Below, piece by piece: positions 48,471 to 58,696 of a stretch of DNA of 64,000 nt. The notes below the pieces were generated by a model. It had not been told where the DNA came from. It saw only the letters and a list, made by a program, of their open reading frames with translations, and made no database searches. This DNA is from an uncultured Gammaproteobacteria bacterium (lineage in GTDB: Bacteria > Patescibacteriota > Microgenomatia > UBA8517), in contig CAYSJW010000033.1 of assembly GCA_964431555.1 (NCBI GenBank), positions 9,389 to 73,388 on the forward strand. Direction: 5' to 3'. The first letter of the stretch is position 1. Every line of letters begins with the position of its first letter. A program made the position numbers and the translations under genes.

Positions 48471-49565
48471 ATGACAAATTTTTTAAGTAATGAAAATACA
48501 AAATCTTCATCTTCTAATGGTTACGAATTACCAAAAAAAATAGCAATACTTTACAGTTTTGTTAAAAGAGAATATTTTCCTACAGAAGCTCAATATATCA
48601 CCGAAAAAGACGCAGAAAAAGATGCAATACTTGTTGCTGAATATGTAAAAAAATTTGGAATAGAAGTAAAGTTATTTCCAGCTAATTCCAATATTGCATT
48701 GTATCTAAGAAAATATAAACCTGATATGGTTATAAATTTGGTTGACTCTATTAAGGGTATCGAAAGTTTACAAAGCGCGATACCCGGAATTTTGGAAATA
48801 TTAGACATTCCATATACAGGCGGAGACATACTAGGTTTGTCACTCACTACTAATAAATTTTTAGTTAAAAAACTTCAAGAACAAAATGGCGTTCCTGTTC
48901 CTCACTATCAGATGTTTAATACCTATAGCGATTATCTTATACCAAGTCTTAGATTTCCACTAATTTCCAAACTAAATGAAATTCATGGAGCCGTAGAAAT
49001 CACCAAAGATGCTGTTTCTGAAAACGAAAAACATTTAAGAGATAGAATTAAATATCTAATCCAAACTTATAAACAACCCGTAATTGTTGAAGAATTCATT
49101 GTAGGCAGAGAAATCACTGCAATTCTCTTAGAAGGATTAAACAAAAAAGTATACTTGGCAGAAAAAGTTTTTCATAAAGAAAACGAAAAATATGTTTTCG
49201 CTACCTTTGAAGACCAATGGATTAACAAAAATCCTGTCTTTGAGTATGTAAAATATGATGATCCAATACTTAGAGAGTATGTGAAAAAAGCTTTTGATGT
49301 CACTAAAATGTATGACTACGCAAAATTTGATATAAGATTAGATCAATCAGGAAGATATTTTTTTATAGACAGTAATTGTAACCCTGCCTTTGGCCCCAAA
49401 GAAGCAGATGTTGCAATTTCAAATATTTTATCACTATATGGAATTTCCTTTTCCGAAATATTAAAACGTTTATTACTTAACACAATGCGTGATGCTCAAG
49501 GCAAAGAAAGATTACCAGTTCCTGACACATTTCAAAATCAATTACAAGGTAATAACTTTTTATAA
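48471..49565 (+). CDS. D-Ala-D-Ala ligase-like ATP-grasp enzyme (divergent)
   Basis: IPYTG, VEEFIVGREIT, AKFDIR, IDSNCNP. Confidence 0.8.
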   Translation: MTNFLSNENTKSSSSNGYELPKKIAILYSFVKREYFPTEAQYITEKDAEKDAILVAEYVKKFGIEVKLFPANSNIALYLRKYKPDMVINLVDSIKGIESLQSAIPGILEILDIPYTGGDILGLSLTTNKFLVKKLQEQNGVPVPHYQMFNTYSDYLIPSLRFPLISKLNEIHGAVEITKDAVSENEKHLRDRIKYLIQTYKQPVIVEEFIVGREITAILLEGLNKKVYLAEKVFHKENEKYVFATFEDQWINKNPVFEYVKYDDPILREYVKKAFDVTKMYDYAKFDIRLDQSGRYFFIDSNCNPAFGPKEADVAISNILSLYGISFSEILKRLLLNTMRDAQGKERLPVPDTFQNQLQGNNFL

Positions 49566-50044
49566 ATTTTAATCTTTTCTTTAAGACTTATCTTTGCAAA
49601 ACGAGGAGAAGGAGATGGTAAAGAAAAAATTGATATTTTAGGATATTTCAGAATTAATCCTTTAAAATTCTTCCTAAACAATTTTTCAACATATAAACTG
49701 GTAAAAAATATTTTTTCTATCGGATTATTCCTTATAATATTTTTGATTTCCACTATATTGTATTTTATCACCTTAAGATTCTCATCAGAATTATTATTCT
49801 TTATTCTTTCACACTCTGAAATAATATCAGCTATCGCAATTTTTAAATCAATAAGAAATCTTTTCTTATCTTTTATATTATTTAATTTTTTATCATAAAC
49901 TTTTTCCATTATCTTCCAGAATTGATTTATCCTTCCACCATAATACCAATCACCCCTTAAACCTTCTTTGCCAGGGAAACTTCCTAATATCAAAAATTTG
50001 GATTTTTGAGGTACAAAACTTCCGAAGGGATGTTTTTCTATCAT
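49538..50044 (-). CDS. UDG-superfamily DNA glycosylase (deoxyinosine glycosylase-like)
   Basis: LILGSFPG, YY..NQFW, LPSPSP. Confidence 0.82.
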   Translation of the reverse strand: MIEKHPFGSFVPQKSKFLILGSFPGKEGLRGDWYYGGRINQFWKIMEKVYDKKLNNIKDKKRFLIDLKIAIADIISECERIKNNNSDENLKVIKYNIVEIKNIIRNNPIEKIFFTSLYVEKLFRKNFKGLILKYPKISIFSLPSPSPRFAKISLKEKIKIYKKLLPCN

Positions 50045-50079
50045 TAAAACACCGTAAAATAAAATTACCTATAATTTTG

Positions 50080-50151
50080 AGCGGTGGACCGGATTTGAAC
50101 CGGCGACCTTCTCCTTGGCAAGGAGACATTCTACCACTGAACTACCACCGC
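50080..50151 (-). tRNA. tRNA-Gly(GCC)
   Basis: TCTCC-tt GCC aa-GGAGA. Confidence 0.95.
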
Positions 50152-50159
50152 TTATTATG

Positions 50160-50232
50160 TGCCGAGAGTGTGAGTCGAACACACATCTGACGCTCTTCAG
50201 GCGCCCGCCGTGACCACCTTGGCTATCTCGGC
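50160..50232 (-). tRNA. tRNA-Phe(GAA)
   Basis: GGCGC-ct GAA ga-GCGTC; 3-bp D stem. Confidence 0.9.
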
Positions 50233-50303
50233 AAACTCTATATATTTTATCAGATCTTACAAGCAAAAATTATATATAAAAACCTAATATATACTCAAAA
50301 TTG

Positions 50304-50377
50304 TGGGCTTGTCAGGATTCGAACCTGAGACCTTACGGATGTAAGCCGTACGCTCTAACCAACTGAGCTACAAGCCC
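50304..50377 (-). tRNA. tRNA-Val(TAC)
   Basis: TACGG-ct TAC at-CCGTA. Confidence 0.95.
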
Positions 50378-50498
50378 TTAAATCTTTTTTCACAATTTAA
50401 GGAAAATTAACTTATTTAAAACTTTAAATATTATACAAAAAACTAATAAAAATTATAAGATAAGATAAAACAGGATAGGATAAAATCCTTTTAGAATA

Positions 50499-53060
50499 TC
50501 AACTTTCATATTTCATAAAAAATCTTTTTTTAACCAACTCCGTAACATAAAAATAAGCAAAAAGATCAAAAATTATTAAAAACCAAATTATTTTCGGGAT
50601 TTTTGCAAAACTAAAAATAGAAATTTCAAATATTGCCAAAAATACAACGGATAGTATAGAAATTACACTTAACCAAAAAAGCCACTTACTTGGCTTACTC
50701 TTATAAAAGGGGAGTTTTGTCCTTATAGCAAAGGTAACCAACATCTCGGAAATTGATGATTGAACAAACCAGGCTGTTTGAAAAACACTAGGACTTACCT
50801 TAAACAAAAAAGCCATGGGGATTATCAAACATAAATCAAAAACAGAACTTATAAAACCAAAGTAAATCATAAAATTTTTTATGTAATTTAAATTCCATTT
50901 ATTTGGTTTCTGAGTAAATCCTTCATCAACATTGTCAGTAGCTATCGCAAATAAGGGTATATCACTAATAAGATTATTCAACAAAATTTGTTTTGGAAGA
51001 AGAGGAATAAAATTCAAAAACAGCGAAGATAATGCGACGGTGAACATATTTCCAAAATTCGCTGAAATAGTATTTAAAATATATTTCATAATATTACCAA
51101 AAGTTTTTCTGCCAGCTTCAATTCCATCGACTAAAACTTTTAAATCTTTTTGCAAAAGAATTATATCCGAAGCTTCTTTGGCCACATCCGTACCAGTATC
51201 AACGGTAATTCCAACATCAGATTCTTTTAATGCAGGTGCATCATTGACACCATCTCCTAAAAAACCCACAATATGTCCCTCATAATTCAAAACTTTAACG
51301 ATTTCATATTTTTGAATTGGCGATACTCTTGCAAATACAATACAACTTTTCGCATAATCCACAAATTCATCACGAGTGCAATTTTTTAATTCATCACCTG
51401 TGATAACTTCATTATCAGAAAACTCTATTCCAGATTCCTTTGCAATACTTTTTGTAACAGTCAAACTATCTCCACTTAAAATCTTTAAAGATATACCCAT
51501 ATCCAAAAACTTCTCAATGGCTACTTTAGTCGTAGTTTTAATCGGATCTTTAAAAAGAATAATTCCCAGATAAATCAATTCTTTTTCGTCACTTGAATTT
51601 GATTTTTTTATATCACAATATCTTAAAGCCAAAGATATAGCTCTTAATCCTCTTTTTTCATATTTTTTAACCTCGTTTAGAATAAATTTTTTAATTTTCT
51701 CCGATAATTTTAATTTTTTGTTATCCTTATAATAAAAGCTTGAAATACTAATTATTGATTCTGGTGAACCTTTAACTATTAAAAAAGTCTCGTCACCACT
51801 TTTTACCAAAACACTCATCCTTCTTCTTTCATAATCAAATTCATTTTCATCAATAACCTTATACTTACTCATCTCATTTTTATAACTTCTGGCAAAATAG
51901 CTCTCCCAGATAGCTCTATCTGTTGGATTTAATTTTTGGCCAATTTTACTTTCAGAAGCTCCTTCAGTACAAAGCATAGAATAAATAATTAATTTTTTAT
52001 CTCTTATTCCATCATTATTTTTATAATCAAAAAGAGTAAAATTTCCTTCCGTCAAAGTACCTGTTTTATCCATACACAGCGTATTTATATTTCCAAAATC
52101 CTCAACAGCTGCCAATTTCTTAACAACAACCTTTTTTTTTGCCATTTTAATAGCTCCTTGAGACAGAGTTACTGTGATTATTGCTGGAAGCATTTCAGGA
52201 GCAATTCCTACAGCCAAAGCTATGGCAAACATAAAAGAAGAAAATATACCTTTATTTAAAATAGCGTTAGATAAAAAAATAAAAACTGTCATCAAAATTA
52301 TCAAACGAAAAAGAAACCTACTAAATTTAGATATTTGTATCTGAAAATCTGTTTCCGGTTCGTTTTCTTTAACAACCTTTACAATTTTTCCAAATTGAGT
52401 TCTTAAACCAGTTTCAACAACCACCCCAAGAGCATTTCCTTCGACAACAGATGTTCCCATGAAGACCATATTCTTCATATCTGAAATCAAAGAATCTGGG
52501 GAAATTATTACGTCTGCTTCCTTGATTACTGGAAAAGATTCACCAGTCAATATCGCCTCATTAAGTGATAAAGCATCAGTTTTTATAAGCCTTATATCCG
52601 CCGGTACTATGTCTCCTATGTGTAGTGAAACTATGTCACCTGGAACAATATATTCATGTTCTATCCTAGATAATCTACCGCTTCTAAAAACATTAGAATA
52701 TCGCTTTACATATTTTTTAAGTTTTACTAGAGTTCTTTCAGCTTTATATTCTTGATAAAATCCGAATAAAGCAGAAAGAACAACAAGTAAAATAATTACT
52801 ATCGAATCTATTTTCTCACCTAATATGAGAGAAACAACTGAAGCAAATATTAATACAAGAGTAAGCCAATTTTTAAATTGAGAAATAAGTACTTTAAAAA
52901 AAGAAAGTTTTTTTTCTTCGCCAAAATTATTTAAACCATAGATCTTCAAACGCTTATAGGCTTCATCATCTGACAATCCACTTCTTTTTGTATCAAATTC
53001 TCTTAATACAGAATTAATATCTTTACTACACCATTTATTATCAAAACCTTTTTCATTCAT
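50499..53060 (-). CDS. mgtA: P-type ATPase, Mg2+-transporting type
   Basis: TGES, APEMLP, DKTGTLT, GDGVND, SANFGNMF. Confidence 0.9.
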   Translation of the reverse strand: MNEKGFDNKWCSKDINSVLREFDTKRSGLSDDEAYKRLKIYGLNNFGEEKKLSFFKVLISQFKNWLTLVLIFASVVSLILGEKIDSIVIILLVVLSALFGFYQEYKAERTLVKLKKYVKRYSNVFRSGRLSRIEHEYIVPGDIVSLHIGDIVPADIRLIKTDALSLNEAILTGESFPVIKEADVIISPDSLISDMKNMVFMGTSVVEGNALGVVVETGLRTQFGKIVKVVKENEPETDFQIQISKFSRFLFRLIILMTVFIFLSNAILNKGIFSSFMFAIALAVGIAPEMLPAIITVTLSQGAIKMAKKKVVVKKLAAVEDFGNINTLCMDKTGTLTEGNFTLFDYKNNDGIRDKKLIIYSMLCTEGASESKIGQKLNPTDRAIWESYFARSYKNEMSKYKVIDENEFDYERRRMSVLVKSGDETFLIVKGSPESIISISSFYYKDNKKLKLSEKIKKFILNEVKKYEKRGLRAISLALRYCDIKKSNSSDEKELIYLGIILFKDPIKTTTKVAIEKFLDMGISLKILSGDSLTVTKSIAKESGIEFSDNEVITGDELKNCTRDEFVDYAKSCIVFARVSPIQKYEIVKVLNYEGHIVGFLGDGVNDAPALKESDVGITVDTGTDVAKEASDIILLQKDLKVLVDGIEAGRKTFGNIMKYILNTISANFGNMFTVALSSLFLNFIPLLPKQILLNNLISDIPLFAIATDNVDEGFTQKPNKWNLNYIKNFMIYFGFISSVFDLCLIIPMAFLFKVSPSVFQTAWFVQSSISEMLVTFAIRTKLPFYKSKPSKWLFWLSVISILSVVFLAIFEISIFSFAKIPKIIWFLIIFDLFAYFYVTELVKKRFFMKYES

Positions 53061-53127
53061 GCTCTTATCTAATAATACAACATGAAGAGTTATTAGAAAA
53101 TGAAGTTATTAATTTTTTAATTTTTTG

Positions 53128-53209
53128 TGCGCGGGACAGGACTTGAACCTGCACGCCTTACGGCACAGCCTCCTCAAGACTGCGTGTATACCAATTTCAC
53201 CACCCGCGC
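53128..53209 (-). tRNA. tRNA-Leu(GAG)
   Basis: CAGTC-tt GAG ga-GGCTG, long variable arm. Confidence 0.94.
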
Positions 53210-53247
53210 ATACAGCAAACTATATATAACCAAAAAACTCTACAGTG

Positions 53248-53333
53248 TGCCGAAGAGAGGATTTGAACCTCCACGCTCATATTCGAGCACACGCTCCTGA
53301 AGCGTGCCTGTCTGCCAATTCCAGCACTTCGGC
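53248..53333 (-). tRNA. tRNA-Leu(CAG)
   Basis: CACGC-tt CAG ga-GCGTG, long variable arm. Confidence 0.95.
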
Positions 53334-53488
53334 TTACTAAATCTCTTAAAACACATAAAATAAAAATACTTAAATATTATTCAGTTTTATATCTCTAAAA
53401 ATTAAACCTAACCTCAAATTGCTTATGAGAATCATTCAATTATATCATTTTAATGCAGCCACATAAATCCTAAAATACAATAAATCAT

Positions 53489-54745
53489 ATGAAAAAATAC
53501 ATTTTTTTAATTACAACTAATATCTTAGTATTTTTAAGCTTTTTTAATCCTTTTTGCGTCTCATCTAAAGTAAACCCTCTTTCCAATCCTAACAATTACT
53601 TCGGAATCCACATTTTGAACGAAAATGACTTAGATGATGCAGCAAAACTCGTAAATTCTAGTGGAGGAGACTGGGGTTATGTAACATTAGTAATCCGTAA
53701 AGATGAACTAAATAAAGATAGGTGGCAAAAAGTATTTGACAAAATGCGCCGTTTACATTTAATTCCAATCGTTAGAATTGCAACAAAACAAATTGAAAAT
53801 TACTGGGAAAAACCAAATCTTAACGAAATTGACGCATGGGTTTCATTTCTCGATTCTCTAAATTGGGTAATTAAAAACCGTTATTTGATAATCGGAAACG
53901 AGCCTAATCATGCAAAAGAATGGGGTAATGAAGTAAATCCTGAAGAATATGCGGACTATTTAATAACATTTTCAGAAAAATTAAAAAATAAATCCGAAAA
54001 CTTTTTTATATTACCAGCAGGACTTGATGCTTCAGCTCAAAGCATAAAAGGATCTATGAGCGAAGATGAATATTTGAAAAAAATGCTATCTCATAAACCT
54101 TCTCTCTTTAACTATATCGACGGTTGGAATTCTCACTCCTACCCAAATCCAGAATTTTCTGGATCAGAATTGGAAAAGGGTAGGGGAACAATTACTACCT
54201 ATGACTGGGAACTTGAATTTTTAAAATCTTTAGGTGTGAATAAAGAATTACCAGTATTTATAACAGAAACAGGATGGGCGCATAATCGTTATGACAAAGT
54301 TTTAGCATATAAAACCCCTGACGAAGTTTCACATAGTTTAAAATTCGCTTTCGAAAATGTCTGGAATGATAAAAGAATCGTTGCTGTTACTCCTTTTGTT
54401 TTAAATTACAAATACCCACCCTTTGACATCTTTTCCTGGCGTAAAAAAGATGGAGGTTTTTATAACTTTTACTATAATATACAAAAAATTCCAAAAATTG
54501 CAGGAAAACCTATTCAGGAAATAAAAGTTAAGCTTATATCTATAATATTTCCTCCAATTATTAAAAAGCATAATAAATTTTATGGTCTTTCTTTTATAAA
54601 AAATGAAGGTCAATCAATTTGGAAATGGGGCGAATTCATCAATGCTTCTAATTGGGGACCTAATATTCAGTTTATTCCCCTTCTATTTTTTTTGAACGGT
54701 GAACCAGGACAGCGAGCACTATCAATCATAAAAGTAGGAAGTTAG
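53489..54745 (+). CDS. Exported clan GH-A-like glycoside hydrolase
   Basis: Signal peptide, GNEPN acid/base, HSYP, ITETGW nucleophile. Confidence 0.75.
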   Translation: MKKYIFLITTNILVFLSFFNPFCVSSKVNPLSNPNNYFGIHILNENDLDDAAKLVNSSGGDWGYVTLVIRKDELNKDRWQKVFDKMRRLHLIPIVRIATKQIENYWEKPNLNEIDAWVSFLDSLNWVIKNRYLIIGNEPNHAKEWGNEVNPEEYADYLITFSEKLKNKSENFFILPAGLDASAQSIKGSMSEDEYLKKMLSHKPSLFNYIDGWNSHSYPNPEFSGSELEKGRGTITTYDWELEFLKSLGVNKELPVFITETGWAHNRYDKVLAYKTPDEVSHSLKFAFENVWNDKRIVAVTPFVLNYKYPPFDIFSWRKKDGGFYNFYYNIQKIPKIAGKPIQEIKVKLISIIFPPIIKKHNKFYGLSFIKNEGQSIWKWGEFINASNWGPNIQFIPLLFFLNGEPGQRALSIIKVGS

Positions 54746-55110
54746 ATAATTTTTGATTTTATATTTATCTGTCTAAAAATGTATTTATAAGCATCTAATA
54801 CCCAAGTATTGGCACAAGAAACAATTAAAAAAAGTGCATCCATCAGTTGATTTTTATAAAATGCTTCATTAAAAAGTTTATTTATAATTTTTTATCTTTA
54901 AATAAAACAAAAAGAAAACTTTTAAAATTTCGGTTGATGATTATTTTTTTCTGCTTTAAGAATTCTTTTGATTAAATAATTTAAAACCTCTCTCTGCTTA
55001 AATTTTCATACACAATGTCTTTTTTTCAACGACTTCAAAAAATTTACAAATATTAAAAAATAAATCAATTTACAAAATTTAATTTATCCAAAAAACATTT
55101 CAATATCTTT

Positions 55111-56502
55111 TTAATAAACGAAACTTATTATTTTTATCATAATATATTTCATATATTTTAAAATATATTTTAATAGAAAAAACAAACCTGATAACTGAAA
55201 TAAGGTAAAAAAGAAAGATAGGTGAACATAATAACGCATCCAGTCTAAAATAAGATAATAATTCATAAATAAAAGTATTATTAAAAAGGAAGTAATAATT
55301 ATAATAGCCATTACATATTTCTGTAAAACAAGTTTTATTGTGTAAATCATTCCCAATAAAAATAAAAGAAAAAGATAAACTCCATAATTTTTTATTAAAT
55401 TCAATCGATTAAATATCTTTATACCATTGAAGATTTTCGTGTATCCAGAAAAATAGAAATTCTCAAATATTTTCTTTATACTTTTTCCACGTTCAATCGA
55501 AGCTTCAGGATTATATATTCTCTCATAGATAGCTGTACTGTTTCTATGTTCAAACATATATTTAATATTTTTAAAAGGATTTGAATAAGTAAAAGGATTC
55601 AAACCTACAAAAATTACTAATCCTAAAAACAAAGAAAAAATATTCCAAAGAATATTTGAAACTTTTTTTTCCTTAAAAAGGATAAGGATCAAAGTATTTA
55701 CAAATGTAAATATAATAAACATAAAAGAACCGTTTAATTTGGTTGACATACACAGTGAAGAAAATAAAGAGAATAAAATCAAATATAAAATATTTCTATT
55801 CTTTTCGAAATAAAGAACCATAAAATAAAGTGACGCGTTAAAAGTTAAAAGAAAAAGAGCTTCTGAATATGCTTTTAACCCTGTTTCTATAATTAAAGAA
55901 TTGTACCCGTAAAGTATTGAAAAAATTATTGAAAAAATAAATCCTTTGAATTTTAATGCTAAAAAGTAGGCAATAATAACCGCTCCGGATAACAAAAATA
56001 CGTTAAGAATTCTAGCGTATAAAATTAAATTAACAGTTTTTCTACTTTCAATACCATATTTTGCAACCCAATCCTCAAGATAACCAATCATTGCACCATC
56101 ATATTTAACAAAATTATAAATACTCTTATATTCAAGAGGTGCACTATCATAATCTTCTTGAATAAAATAAAATCCATTCTTAATCAAAAACTGATTATAG
56201 TCGATAGGTTTTGAATCTTTCGCTTTATTGAGAAGATATATAGGATAAAGCCAAGCACCAAAAGCATATTCAGCAAGTTTAGGTTGATCAAATGATTTAT
56301 AATTTTTCCAAACTTCATTACCAAAATCTCCATTTATAAAATAAACAAAAAAATTACTTCTATCTACCCAATATACTTCATCCCAATATGAAACCGGTAG
56401 TAACTTATTAAAATAACCGTAGCTATAAACAAGTACTAAAAAAAATAGATAGGGAAAAATTAAAGTTTTAAACAAAGATTTACTAAAAACATATTTTATC
56501 AT
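55111..56502 (-). CDS. GT-C fold membrane glycosyltransferase (PMT-like)
   Basis: WDE after TM1, DQPKL, STKLNG, multiple TMs. Confidence 0.75.
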   Translation of the reverse strand: MIKYVFSKSLFKTLIFPYLFFLVLVYSYGYFNKLLPVSYWDEVYWVDRSNFFVYFINGDFGNEVWKNYKSFDQPKLAEYAFGAWLYPIYLLNKAKDSKPIDYNQFLIKNGFYFIQEDYDSAPLEYKSIYNFVKYDGAMIGYLEDWVAKYGIESRKTVNLILYARILNVFLLSGAVIIAYFLALKFKGFIFSIIFSILYGYNSLIIETGLKAYSEALFLLTFNASLYFMVLYFEKNRNILYLILFSLFSSLCMSTKLNGSFMFIIFTFVNTLILILFKEKKVSNILWNIFSLFLGLVIFVGLNPFTYSNPFKNIKYMFEHRNSTAIYERIYNPEASIERGKSIKKIFENFYFSGYTKIFNGIKIFNRLNLIKNYGVYLFLLFLLGMIYTIKLVLQKYVMAIIIITSFLIILLFMNYYLILDWMRYYVHLSFFFTLFQLSGLFFLLKYILKYMKYIMIKIISFVY

Positions 56503-56704
56503 ATAAACATCTTAACTCAAAAATAATAAAAGTAGTTATTGTAAATCTTAGCTGATATTATCTATCTTCGGTAATATAAATGTCTTAAATTTTTATCTGT
56601 ATCTTTAATTTTTAAATTTGATCTTATTAAATCTAATTTTAATAGCTTTTTAAGATTAATAAAGTCATATGAAGTACTTCTTGCTACCTTGAAAATTCTT
56701 GATG

Positions 56705-56776
56705 TGAGCCCAGAGGGATTCGAACCCCCAACCAACTCCTTAAGAGGGAGCTGCTCTACCATTGAGCTATGGGCCC
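56705..56776 (-). tRNA. tRNA-Lys(CTT)
   Basis: CTCC-ct CTT aa-GGAG. Confidence 0.95.
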
Positions 56777-56913
56777 ATAAATTTATGAGATTTAATTTTA
56801 ATAATTTAAACAATTTTATTTAATTAAAAACAAACAATAATTAATTTTATCAAATCATTAAAACAAATTCACACCCACAACTTGACTTTATAATCTTAAA
56901 TATGTAATTCTGA

Positions 56914-57579
56914 TTGATAATAGCTAAAAGTACAAATATACATACGTTATCTACCGTGGAAAATAAAAACTTAGAAAAGGAGTCAATATCAAGAAAATTG
57001 TTACTAATGGTTATTTTTTTTGTAATAACCCCATTGGCACTCTTTTCCAGTGTAATATCTCTCATAGCTTTAACAGAAAGACATATTTCTAATCTTGATC
57101 AAAACAATAACCTTTTAGAAAAACCAAAACCGGGCTTAAAAGTATTTGCTGCACTTCCACCCAACACATCTTCAATAAATGAAGAAATTATCTCCGCTGA
57201 CGCTCGCCCAGAAATAATCAGAAAATATCTAAAAGAAAGAAATTCTCCTTTAGAAAAATACGCTGAACTACTTGTTCAAACTGCAGACAAATATCAACTA
57301 GATTTTAGATTATTAACTGCAATTGCACAAAAAGAATCAGGACTTTGTCGTATCATTCCTCCAGAAAGCCACAATTGCTGGGGCTGGGGAATACACAGCA
57401 AAGGAACCTTAAGTTTTGACTCCTATGAAGAAGCTATAGAAGCTGTTTCCAAAGGACTAAAAGAAAACTACATAGACAAAGGATATATAACAATAGAACA
57501 AATAATGAAAAAATACGCCCATCCAGAATCAACCACTTGGGCAGAGGGTGTTAATAGGTACATGAAACAAATGGAATAA
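56914..57579 (+). CDS. Membrane-anchored lysozyme-like fold protein (putative muramidase/glucosaminidase); start uncertain (TTG 56914 or GTG 56956)
   Basis: LLTAIAQKESG, HNCWGWG, FDSYEEAI, KYA..WAEGV. Confidence 0.7.
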   Translation: MIIAKSTNIHTLSTVENKNLEKESISRKLLLMVIFFVITPLALFSSVISLIALTERHISNLDQNNNLLEKPKPGLKVFAALPPNTSSINEEIISADARPEIIRKYLKERNSPLEKYAELLVQTADKYQLDFRLLTAIAQKESGLCRIIPPESHNCWGWGIHSKGTLSFDSYEEAIEAVSKGLKENYIDKGYITIEQIMKKYAHPESTTWAEGVNRYMKQME

Positions 57580-57828
57580 TCTCTAAAATCTTCTATTTCT
57601 TGACAAAACTAAACTTTTATTTGATAAACCATGTTAAAATTATTTTAATTTAATGAGTCTTAATTTACGTCACAGTTTAAAAACATACTTTATTAAGTTG
57701 CTTTAATTCTTATAAAAAAATATAGCTTTATTATCATCGATTCATACAAATGTGTATTCATTAAAAAAGAAAATCAAAGAAGATAAAATTAAAAATTTAT
57801 ATATACTTCAATCTATCAAACATTAATT

Positions 57829-58584
57829 ATGTCTGCATATTACGATTCATACGATTATCCTTCATATTGGAAGGGTAGAGAATATGAGCATGAAGCTGAA
57901 ATTATGGCTATAAAAAGTTTTATTAATAAAATTCCAAAAATAAATACCATTGTTGAAGTAGGAGCGGGCTATGGAAGACTTGTCCCTTCTTATTATTTTA
58001 GAGCAAAAAAAATCATTCTTTCCGATCCTTCTGCTAGACTTCTCAAAATAGCAAAAAGCAGGCTTAGAAATAAGGGAATAAATTTTATCCAGTCAAGTGT
58101 TGAAAATCTTCATCCTAAAATTAGGCGTAATACAGCGGATTTGGTGATATTTGTTAGAGTAATTCATCATATTCAAAATATAGATTCAGCCCTTAATATT
58201 ATTTCCAAAATAACCAAAAAAGGTGGTTATCTTATACTTGAATTCGCTAATAAAAGACATCTTAAAGCAACCTTATTTGAATTTCTAAAAGGCAATTTTA
58301 CATTTCCCTTGGATATTTTTCCCAAAGAGATAAAAAGTAAAAATAAAAAGACAAAAACAATACCATTTTTAAATTATCATCCTGATATGATTAGAGAAAA
58401 ATTATCTCAACATGGATATAATATTGTTGAACAAAGGTCAGTTTCAAACATTAGAAGTAAATTTATGAAAAAGATTTTCTCATTAGATAATCTATTAATT
58501 CTAGAAAAACTTTTACAAAAACCATTTTCGTACATTCATTTTGGTCCTTCAATCTTTGTACTTGCAAAAAAATGTAGCATATAA
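57829..58584 (+). CDS. Class I SAM-dependent methyltransferase
   Basis: VEVGAGYGRL motif I, VIHH, KGGYLILE. Confidence 0.88.
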   Translation: MSAYYDSYDYPSYWKGREYEHEAEIMAIKSFINKIPKINTIVEVGAGYGRLVPSYYFRAKKIILSDPSARLLKIAKSRLRNKGINFIQSSVENLHPKIRRNTADLVIFVRVIHHIQNIDSALNIISKITKKGGYLILEFANKRHLKATLFEFLKGNFTFPLDIFPKEIKSKNKKTKTIPFLNYHPDMIREKLSQHGYNIVEQRSVSNIRSKFMKKIFSLDNLLILEKLLQKPFSYIHFGPSIFVLAKKCSI

Positions 58585-58661
58585 TAAATATACTATAACA
58601 ATGTATATAATATTTTTAATAAGAACCTATAATATTATTATTCAGTAATTATTAATAATAT

Positions 58662-58690
58662 TTGACAATCTTATAGTAATGTGTTATAGT
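58662..58690 (+). promoter_or_regulatory. Sigma70-type promoter TTGACA-17-TATAGT with extended TG
   Basis: -35 at 58662-58667, TG at 58682-58683, -10 at 58685-58690. Confidence 0.8.
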
Positions 58691-58696
58691 ACACTT

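Noticed and set aside
50069-50266. 65-aa minus-strand ORF
   Set aside because: Translation of tRNA-Phe and tRNA-Gly genes
54746-55110. Possible pseudogene remnant on the minus strand
   Set aside because: Only short stop-interrupted frames with no recognisable family; would need tBLASTx
56562-56813. 83-aa minus-strand ORF
   Set aside because: Runs through tRNA-Lys
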